Below, piece by piece: positions 26,801-38,800 of a DNA stretch of 64,000 nucleotides; positions within the stretch are counted from its first letter, which is position 1, and the number at the start of each line of letters is the position of its first letter. Location of the stretch: the NCBI RefSeq assembly GCF_964355755.1, contig NC_092673.1, positions 17,047,648-17,111,647 on the forward strand, given 5' to 3'. The notes under the pieces were generated by a model. That model ran no database searches and was not told the origin of the DNA. It saw nothing but the letters and a program-made list of their open reading frames with translations. A program made the position numbers and the translations under genes. The DNA is from Antedon mediterranea (taxonomy: Eukaryota > Animalia > Echinodermata).

Positions 26801-29800
26801 GCTCTGTTGTTGATATGGTACTATATACCGTCTGATATTATCTGATGTGCTTTCCATCACAAATAAAAATCACTTCTCTATCTACTAGCTTTGTTGCAAA
26901 TGAGTTGAATAAGCTTCAAGTTTAATTGTGGCTAAAATAATTAAATTGTATGATAGTTTTTTTATAATATATATAAATAGAATTTTTTTTTTTTCAGGAT
27001 GAACGTAAACATCATTGGACCAATCTCCAATTCATATTATCTTACATCCTGTCAGTTTATTCTCATAGTCGTGATATAAGAAAAAACAAAGACAAGAGAG
27101 TTCACGAACCAACTATCCTTATTGTGGGTACACATAAGGCTGAGCTTGGTGGAACTGAAGAAGAACAAAATGCTGAGGTAATACTGTTTCTATTTTTACG
27201 TTTTAGCCACAACCAAGAATACATTGCAGGTCTATATTAGAAACTGAGTACGGGAGTAGTGTATCAATTAATTTGATTACTTAAGTCTATCCTGCAATTA
27301 ATAAAAGTGGTAGTCCAGAGTTACAAAAAAGTTTTTGAATATTACTTTAATAAATGACATTAATTGACCCATGTTATGATATAAATATATATTTTTTGTT
27401 ATTAGGCAAAATCAAAATTTGAAAAGCTTAAACATGCACTTGGAGAGAAACTGAAAGTTCATGTGTATAACACCTATTTTGCCATCGAAAACAGTAAAGA
27501 AACAACAGATGAGAGCTTTAGCAAACTCAAAAAGGTTATTGATGAGCTTATGGAAACTTTAGAAAGGCCTGTTCCTTTGAAGTGGATGCGTTTTCGATGT
27601 GACATACATAAACTAAGGAGAGAAAAACACTTTTCTTTGTGTCATGTTGAAGAGGTAAATTAAATTTAATGTTTTGTTTTCGGTAGTAATAATAGAATCT
27701 AAAAAAGCATAAACAAAATAATTTTCCCACTATTAAAAAACAATTAATGTTAGTAAATATAATAATATTGATTAGTAATATGATCCTATCCTAATCATGT
27801 TAGTATGGTTTCTTATCTGAGCCAGACCACTAAAAAACCTAGTAATATTTATGGAATATTCATTGCTATGTTGCCATTCTGTGAGAAAGAAATGCTGTAT
27901 AATCCCCCTTGGCTATGTGAGAGTGGCATTTTCCTTCAGATCCAACATTATGCAGTAAATGACAAAAAATGAACTTTTCTATATGGTAATTGTACATCAA
28001 AATATTTCGTGCTGTAAAGCGTCGTTTCACAAAGTATGGCCCGCAGCCCGAAACAGAATGTTTCAGCATGTAAGATCCTTTATTTTAACATAAACTTTGC
28101 GGAATACTACTGTAAATGACAGAAATAATGTTATAAATGACGTATACCTACCTATGATTTTATTTTTTTTCTTTAGCTCAAAAAGCTAGCAAGTAAGAAT
28201 GGTATTGCAGATGAAAAACAACAATCAACCCTTCTTAACTTCCTGTATGATCTTGGTGAAATTGTTTACAGGCCTGACAACAAATTATTAGAAGATAAAG
28301 CGGTGTTAGATCCGATGCGGCTTGTTAAAATTGTTACTGCATTTGTAACAGTCATTAAACAAGAAGATCCAGTAAGTAGGCTCATAAAAATATTAATTCA
28401 GTGTTCCTTGGGGAAATAATAGGCACATGTGAATTCCTATATTAGTCATGTATCAAATGCAATATCTGCAAGTTACCTTATACAATAGTTTAAATTTGAG
28501 TGGTATATTGTATATATATGTAATTTAAATATATTTGTTTGTTTTTTTTAGCCGGCCATGGATATTGATGCCTTTGCTAATCTTGACAAGGGCATACTGG
28601 AGGAAGACTTGTTGCGAGAATTATGGAAAGAGCATAAAGTTGACGAAGGAAAGAATTTTAAGTTTCTTGTAGCACTGATGATCCAATTAGGTTTCATTTG
28701 TGAGAGAAAGACAACCAGCAGCCAAGATGTGGCAAGTACATCTACAGTATGTTTTGTTAAGTTTCTATTTCTAACATGTTATGTTTTGCATGAAGCTAAT
28801 GTGAAAAAAACGATTTTTTATATGATACATAATTGGTAAAATTTTACATACAATTTCTAATTATTTGTAGCGTTATGACATATTTTGATTAAACTTTCTG
28901 CTGAAAGATGTTTTTAACATGTACATGAAATTAGTTTTCTTAAAAGAAATTTAAATGGCATTTTTACAAATCAACAATTTCAGGAATCTGTTGGAAAGCA
29001 ATCATTTTTTGTGCCACTACGGCTTGCTTTCAAGACATCAAGTGAAGTGAAAGCAGTGCCTGATGAATTTCCAGCTATCAGTATCTATTACGACTTTAAG
29101 GGATATCTGCCAGATGTATTGTTTCCATATATGATTATTGATTTCCTCAACAAATTTCAAAAGAAAGACGTTGACCCAATACTGTCATATAATCATGCTG
29201 AACTTTACTTCGACCAAGATCATCATCTGACCTTATCTCTTGTCAAATTTGTGACTACGGAGGATGAAAGAAAGTTCTTGTTAAAGGTACTGTATCATAT
29301 AATTTGTTGTGAATAAGTCATAATCTAAACATAAACTCAAATTCAAATATCAAAACATCACTTTTCTTCTTTTTTTCAGGTGACTATTAAAAGAACAAAT
29401 GCTCCTAATGAAGCGAGTAATGAAGAACCTTCTTCTGAAGCATGTAAAGAGGTTTGTTATCATTTCATATATCAGTTTGAAGAAGTATATGATTTTGTAT
29501 AGATATTTTTGTTGATATCTATCTTGTATTATATAACACCTATATAAATTCCTGTCATTTGATTGGACGAATGTGGGTCACATGGCGTGCAATAGTACGC
29601 ACTATTCAACGATCGTTAAATAGTACTTTTTGAAACATTTTTGTGTACGAAAAAAAAACGTCTAGATGTTATATAAAACAAATAATGAATGTTTATGAGT
29701 GCAATGGTACAAATAATGGCACGAGGTGAATGATGAAAGGTTATATCAACAAATTTCATTGTATTTGACTGGTGTTTTCAATAATAAAAAAACAGCTGAC

Positions 29801-32800
29801 TATATTGCTAAGATGAAAATCTACTTATAGAATTAAACTTGATGTGGAACATACTTTTTCATTTTAATTTGCTTCAGTTAACATTATTAATTAAATATGA
29901 ATGATTATTCACAATTGCCTTATATAGCATTACATCTTTAAAAAATCAATGATATAATCTTCATATGATATAAATTTTAAACACCTTAAAGTACAGTTGT
30001 CAAAACTCAAACGTAATTCATTTTTAAAGCTGCCAGTCAATAGCATGCCTACAAACTCTGAATTGTTATTATTTTAAGACCAAAGTATGGTTATGAACTT
30101 GCAATTGAAACTTTAAATTTGGTAAGATTTTATAACATACAGTACATTGTGAACTATGTACAATGTTTGTATAATAGTGATACTTTTTTGTTTTACTTTT
30201 CCCTTTATAACTATATTGTATTGTAAATGTTTAGTGAACACTACATTTTAAGAGTGTATGCTGCTGATTCAAAGTTGCTACATTGTGTTATATTCTCAAT
30301 TACAGTTAACTGCTTGTTCTTGGAAATCAACATTCAATTTGTATCTTTAGGTTTTGTTAACAATCCAGAAGTCAATTGAACCTTCTAAAGATGGTGGTAG
30401 AAGAGGGATTCAATATGAGAGATGCATGCTTTGTGATGTATGTAGTGATAATACATCAGAAAGGAAGCACATTCAAAATCTTGATGACTTCCAGTACGAG
30501 AAATTGACATGCACCAAAACTGGCAAGTCTGTTACGATGGATGTTAAACGTTACAAGCAGCTATTTGTAGGTAAGAGTAATAACAGACAAGTTTATTTTC
30601 ATTTATTTGACAAATAAATAACAACAGTGTATAAACAAATAGACTCAATTGATAAACAAGATTATGATAACTTCTAGAGTCAGCAGTCCCATCGTCTTAA
30701 AATTAAATATATCTATAATAATAATAGTCAAATGACAATGTGTAAATTATCAAAATGATTGACACAGTACTCATATTCGGAAAATGATCTCATAATCGTG
30801 TCGAGCATAGCTCATCACCGAAAGTTACATATTTTTTAGTTGTATGAAAAAATGTCTCTGGCAGGATTCGAACCTGCGACTTCTTGCTTACGGGGCAAAT
30901 ATCATACTATTAGACCACAGACACCCTCACAATCAGTGGAGACTAACTAGTCATTGATCTCATGGCAGTCTTAATAAATATTATAGGATTGGCATAATTA
31001 TATCTATACTCTCACAATAGAATTGTTAGAGGTTAGGAATTGGACTAGCATGTGAGAGGCATGGGTTTGTATACTAGGCAACATGCTTTAGTCTCATTCT
31101 ATAATCCTTCAGACGGGATGTAAAGCTGTTGGTCCTGGGTACATAAAATGTAAATGTCTACTATAAAAATATGGTACACTTTATAAAAGGCACAAGGACA
31201 TTGTTCAGATGGATTCATTCATATTTGTTAAGAACAATGACAATCGATAGAAGTTCTAAAGATTTTCACACCTATAACATTTCTAAAAGCGGGAAATGCA
31301 CTTTCCTGAATTTTGGAAGGCAAAAACACACATACAAAAGCAAATATAATTTTACAGTATCAATGTATACACATCTGAAAGGATACAGACAATTTGGAAG
31401 GCACAAATACACACACACAAAATGTATGTAGACATAAGGATACAGACAATTTGGAAGTCACAAACACACACACACAAAATGTATGTAGACATAAGGATAC
31501 AGACAATTTGGAAGCCACAAACACACACACACAAAATGTATGTAGACATTAGGATACAGACAATTTGGAAGGCACAAATACACACACACAAAATGTATGT
31601 AGACATAAGGATACAGACAATTTGGAAGGCACAAACACACACACAAAATGTATGTAGACATAAGGATACAGACAATTTGGAAGCCACAAACACACACACA
31701 CAAAATGTATGTAGACATAAGGATACAGACAATTTGGAAGTCACAAACACACACACACAAAATGTATGTAGACATAAGGATACAGACAATTTGGAAGCCA
31801 CAAACACACACACACAAAATGTATGTAGACATTAGGATACAGACAATTTGGAAGGCACAAATACACACACACAAAATGTATGTAGACATAAGGATACAGA
31901 CAATTTGGAAGGCACAAATACACACACACAAAATGTATGTAGACATAAGGATACAGACAATTTGGAAGTCACAAACACACACACACAAAATGTATGTAGA
32001 CATAAGGATACAGACAATTTGGAAGCCACAAACACACACACACAAAATGTATGTAGACATTAGGATACAGACAATTTGGAAGGCACAAATACACACACAC
32101 AAAATGTATGTAGACATAAGGATACAGACAATTTGGAAGGCACAAACACACACACAAAATGTATGTAGACATAAGGATACAGACAATTTGGAAGCCACAA
32201 ACACACACACACAAAATGTATGTAGACATAAGGATACAGACAATTTGGAAGTCACAAACACACACACACAAAATGTATGTAGACATAAGGATACAGACAT
32301 TTTGGAAGTCACAAACACACACACACAAAATGTATGTAGACATTAGGATACAGACAATTTGGAAGCCACAAACACACACACACAAAATGTATGTAGACAT
32401 AAGGATACAGACAATTTGGAAGTCACAAACACACACACAAAATGTATGTAGACATTAGGATACAGACAATTTGGAAGTCACAAACACACACACAAAATGT
32501 ATGTAGACATAAGGATACAGACAATTTGGAAGTCACAAACACACACACACAAAATGTATGTAGACATAAGGATACAGACAATTTGGAAGGCACAAATACA
32601 CACACACAAAATGTATGTAGACATTAGGATACAGACAATTTGGAAGTCACAAACACACACACACAAAATGTATGTAGACATTAGGATACAGACATTTTGG
32701 AAGTCACAAACACACACACACAAAATGTATGTAGACATAAGGATACAGACAATTTGGAAGTCACAAACACACACACACAAAATGTATGTAGACATAAGGA

Positions 32801-35800
32801 TACAGACAATTTGGAAGTCACAAACACACACACAAAATGTATGTAGACATAAGGATACAGACAATTTGGAAGGCACAAACACACACACACAAAATGTATG
32901 TAGACATAAGGATACAGACATTTTGGAAGTCACAAACACACACACACAAAATGTATGTAGACATAAGGATACAGACAATTTGGAAGCAACAAACACACAC
33001 ACACAAAATGTATGTAGACATAAGGATACAGACAATTTGGAAGGCACAAACACACACACACAAAATGTATGTAGACATAAGGATACAGACAATTTGGAAG
33101 GCACAAATACACACACACAAAATGTATGTAGACATAAGGATACAGACAATTTGGAAGGCACAAATACACACACACAAAATGTATGTAGACATAAGGATAC
33201 AGACATTTTCCAAAGGTAGTTTAGCTTTTCAATTTTTAGTACCGATCTTAACCAATTTAAATTTGTTTTAAGTTTTATTTCTATTGAAAGAGTAAGTTAT
33301 TATTTTAAGATAAAACAAGAACTACACAATCATGACATTTCACAAACTAACAAAAGCTATGACATTTTAAAAAAACATTTTTGTTTTATTTCAGAGAACC
33401 GGTGGAAAGTTATAACAGTGTTTAGTTTTCTAATTGGAGTTTTTGCTGTCTTGATAAATATACTTGATGGACCAGCAAGAATGGCAACTTGCATTGGTGT
33501 TCTTGTATTAATTCTTGTTGGATTCTGGTGTCTACATCATCAATTGTCCAAGTCTTGTACTCAGGAAGGTTATAAATCAATGGATGTTAAACGATACAAG
33601 AGGCTATTTGGAGGTAAAAATAATGAAACAAGTTTAATTTAATTTGTCATTTTTTACCAAAAAAAACAAATAAGTACAGTAACAACATTACAAAATAAAT
33701 GAAAATAGAAAACAAACTGTTAAAGTAAACAGTAGTACCAGTAGTAGTACTATCAGAATCATTAGTGATAATCTATACATTGTTACAACATGCTGCTATT
33801 AGCTGTGATATCTTCATTCCTCTTACCAGTAGTAGTACTATCAGAATCATTATTGATAATCTATACATTGTTACAGCATGCTGCTATTAGCTGTGATATC
33901 TTCATTCCTCTTACCAGTAGTAGTACTATCAGAATCATTATTGATAATCTATACATTGTTACAACATGCTGCTATTAGCTGTGATATCTTCATTCCTCTT
34001 ACCAGTAGTAGTACTATCAGAATCATTAATGATAATCTATACATTGTTACAGCATGCTGCTATTAGCTGTGATATCTTCATTCCTCTTACCAGTAGTAGT
34101 ACTATCAGAATCATTATTGATAATCTATACATTGTTACAGCATGCTGCTATTAGCTGTGATATCTTCATTCCTCTTACCAGTAGTAGTACTATCAGAATC
34201 ATTATTGATAATCTATACATTGTTACAACATGCTGCTATTAGCTGTGATATCTTCATTCCTCTTACCAGTAGTAGTACTATCAGAATCATTATTGTGATA
34301 ATCTATACATTGTTACAACATGCTGATATTAGCTGTGATATCTTGATTCCTCTTACCAGTAGTAGTACTATCAGAATCATTATTGTGATAATCTATACAT
34401 TGTTACAACATGCTGCTATTAGCTGTGATATCTTCATTCCTCTTACCAGTAGTAGTACTATCAGAATCATTATTGATAATCTATACATTGTTACAGCATG
34501 CTGCTATTAGCTGTGATATCTTCATTCCTCTTACCGGTAGTAGTACTATCAGAATCATTATTGATAATCTATACATTGTTACAACATGCTGCTATTAGCT
34601 GTGATATCTTCATTCCTCTTACCAGTAGTAGTACTATCAGAATCATTATTGATAATCTATACATTGTTACAACATGCTGCTATTAGCTGTGATATCTTCA
34701 TTCCTCTTACCAGTAGTAGTACTATCAGAATCATTATTGTGATAATCTATACATTGTTACAACATGCTGCTATTAGCTGTGATATCTTCATTCCTCTTAC
34801 CAATAGTAGTACTATCAGAATCATTATTGATAATCTATACATTGTTACAACATGCTGCTATTAGCTGTGATATCTTCATTCCTCTTACCAGTAGTAGTAC
34901 TATCAGAATCATTATTGATAATCTATACATTGTTACAACATGCTGCTATTAGCTGTGATATCTTCATTCCTCTTACCAGTAGTAGTACTATCAGAATCAT
35001 TATTGATAATCTATACATTGTTACAACATGCTGCTATTAGCTGTGATATCTTCATTCCTCTTATCAGTAGTAGTACTATCAGAATCATTATTGATAATCT
35101 ATACATTGTTACAACATGCTGCTATTAACTGTGATATCTTCATTCCTCTTACCAGTAGTAGTACTATCGGAATCATTATTGATAATCTATACATTGTTAC
35201 AACATGCTGCTATTAGCTGTGATATCTTGATTCCTCTTACCAGTAGTAGTACTATCAGAATCATTATTGATAATCTATACATTGTTACAACATGCTGCTA
35301 TTAGCTGTGATATCTTGATTCCTCTTACCAGTAGTAGTAGTATCAGAATCATTATTGATAATCTATACATTGTTACAACATGCTGCTATTAGCTGTGATA
35401 TCTTCATTCCTCTTACCAGTAGTAGTACTATCAGAATCATTATTGATAATCTATACATTGTTACAACATGCTGCTATTAGCTGTGATATCTTGATTCCTC
35501 TTACCAGTAGTAGTACTATCAGAATCATTATTGATAATCTATACATTGTTACAACATGCTGCTATTAGCTGTGATATCTTCATTCCTCTTACCGGTAGTA
35601 GTACTATCAGAATCATTATTGATAATCTATACATTGTTACAACATGCTGCTATTAGCTGTGATATCTTGATTCCTCTTACCAGTAGTAGTACTATCAGAA
35701 TCATTATTGATAATCTATACATTGTTACAACATGCTGCTATTAGCTGTGATATCTTCATTCCTCTTACCAGTAGTAGTACTATCAGAATCATTATTGATA

Positions 35801-38800
35801 ATCTATACATTGTTACAACATGCTGCTATTAGCTGTGATATCTTCATTCCTCTTATCAGTAGTAGTACTATCAGAATCATTATTGATAATCTATACATTG
35901 TTACAACATGCTGCTATTAACTGTGATATCTTCATTCCTCTTACCAGTAGTAGTACTATCAGAATCATTATTGATAATCTATACATTGTTACAACATGCT
36001 GCTATTAGCTGTGATATCTTGATTCCTCTTACCAGTAGTAGTACTATCAGAATCATTATTGATAATCTATACATTGTTACAACATGCTGCTATTAGCTGT
36101 GATATCTTGATTCCTCTTACCAGTAGTAGTAGTATCAGAATCATTATTGATAATCTATACATTGTTACAACATGCTGCTATTAGCTGTGATATCTTCATT
36201 CCTCTTACCAGTAGTAGTACTATCAGAATCATTATTGATAATCTATACATTGTTACAACATGCTGCTATTAGCTGTGATATCTTGATTCCTCTTACCAGT
36301 AGTAGTACTATCAGAATCATTATTGATAATCTATACATTGTTACAACATGCTGCTATTAGCTGTGATATCTTCATTCCTCTTACCGGTAGTAGTACTATC
36401 AGAATCATTATTGATAATCTATACATTGTTACAACATGCTGCTATTAGCTGTGATATCTTGATTCCTCTTACCAGTAGTAGTACTATCAGAATCATTATT
36501 GATAATCTATACATTGTTACAACATGCTGCTATTAGCTGTGATATCTTCATTCCTCTTATCAGTAGTAGTACTATCAGAATCATTATTGATAATCTATAC
36601 ATTGTTACAACATGCTGCTATTAGCTGTGATATCTTGATTCCTCTTACCAGTAGTAGTAGTATCAGAATCATTATTGATAATCTATACATTGTTACAACA
36701 TGCTGCTATTAGCTGTGATATCTTCATTCCTCTTACCAGTAGTAGTACTATCAGAATCATTATTGATAATCTATACATTGTTACAACATGCTGCTATTAG
36801 CTGTGATATCTTGATTCCTCTTACCAGTAGTAGTACTATCAGAATCATTATTGATAATCTATACATTGTTACAACATGCTGCTATTAGCTGTGATATCTT
36901 CATTCCTCTTACCAGTAGTAGTACTATCAGAATCATTATTGATAATCTATACATTGTTACAACATGCTGCTATTAGCTGTGATATCTTCATTCCTCTTAC
37001 CGGTAGTAGTACTATCAGAATCATTATTGATAATCTATACATTGTTACAACATGCTGCTATTAGCTGTGATATCTTGATTCCTCGTACCAGTAGTAGTAC
37101 TATCAGAATCATTATTGATAATCTATACATTGTTACAACATGCTGCTATTAGCTGTGATATCTTCATTCCTCTTATCAGTAGTAGTACTATCAGAATCAT
37201 TATTGATAATCTATACATTGTTACAACATGCTGCTATTGGCTGTGATATCTTCATTCCTCTTACCAGTAGTAGTACTATCAGAATCATTATTGATAATCT
37301 ATACATTGTTACAACATGCTGCTATATAGCTGTGATATAGTGTAAAGCGGAAAAAAATAATTAGGTTATCATTTAGAATAAAATGATCATCTATTGTTTT
37401 TGTATGAAATCTTTGTTATTCTTCTTCTTTCACTACACTATTTTGTGTAACAATTTTCTCAAAAAGTTAAATGTCAATGATGACAAAAATTTCACATTGT
37501 CTTTCAAACAATTTAACTTAATCCTAATAAGCTTTTCAGCGTGATCACTCATCCGTGACATTTATACGCCATTTTGTGAAATCACATTATCAATCATATC
37601 TCCATAACTTGTCATATGATATCAATAAAATTCACTACACATAGTGAAGTGTAAAAATATTAGCAAATAAAAACGCACACATACCCAGTGTCATGCGCGA
37701 GAAATTGCACGTTAACAATTTAAAAAGCTGAAAATTACATTTTTATCAATTTACTGTGCAAAAACATGTTTTTGCGCGCACAATACTTAAGAAATTACTA
37801 ATTGTTTATACAAATCACATTCTACTCACCCTCCTTAGTACATTCACCACATTTTAGTCCATTCTGATCTAAAATAACGCTATAAAAGCGACAAAATGAC
37901 AAAATGCGCACATTAATGCAAAAAGTGCATACAATTATTTTTAAGGCATTTTTAAACGTGAATTTAAAAATTAGGTTTTTTTTTCTTTCGTCATACATTG
38001 TTACATTAAAAAGACCAGATCTTGTTTATTTGGACTCGATATGCTTTCTCAATTAATTCACTATCTTTTGAAATTGTCATCTTTAAGTTTATTTTGTTAA
38101 TGTCATCATACCAAAAAATTATAAGATGAGGTGTGTCACGTAGTTTCACGTATGCTACACTGTACACAAAAATAAAGCATATACTCCTAATTATATAATT
38201 AAATTCTAGTTTTTATTTTATTTGCAGACAAAAGTGGGCCAAAAGAAAGAAAAGGAAGAGAAACGGATCAAGGTAATTGATTGAAATATGTTGGAAAATA
38301 AGTGGAGAGAGAAAATAAAAGCAAATTTAATATTTCGACAAAATGACAAAATGCGCACATTAATTTCAAAAAGTGCATACAATTATTTTTAAGGCATTTT
38401 TAAACGTGAATTTAAAAATTAGGTTTTTTTTTCTTTCGTCATACATTATTACATTAAAAAGACCAGATCTTGTTTATTTGGACTCGATATGCTTTCTCAA
38501 TTAATTCACTATCTTTTGAAATTGTCATCTTTGAGTTTATTTTGTTAATGTCATCATACCAACAAATTATAAGATGAGGTGTGTCACGTAGTTTCACGTA
38601 TGCTACACTGTACACAAAAATAAAGCATATACTCCTAATTATATAATTAAATTCTAGTTTTTATTTTATTTGCAGACAAAAGTGGGCCAAAAGAAAGAAA
38701 AGGAAGAGAAACGGATCAAGGTAATTGATTGAAATATGTTGGAAAATAAGTGGAGAGAGAAAATAAAAGCAAATTTAATATTTACAAATTGGTCTCAAAC

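Larger units (their letters stand above)
37889..38783. repeat. Recent tandem duplication of about 447 bp including a micro-exon
   Basis: 37889-38335 and 38336-38783 are nearly identical. Confidence 0.92.

Noticed and set aside
5694-30570. Naming the gene LRRK2, DAPK1 or MFHAS1
   Set aside because: No kinase, LRR or ankyrin domain is visible in the window and the architecture differs, so no gene symbol was assigned.
30847-30925. Functional tRNA gene (also candidates at 13185-13255 and 39220-39292)
   Set aside because: A and B boxes are present, but the cloverleaf stems are broken and SINE bodies or tails follow.
31352-37340. Dozens of periodic ORFs, and a possible CRISPR-like array
   Set aside because: These are head-to-tail satellite units with no unique spacers and no cas genes. 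The ORFs are translations of repeats within introns.
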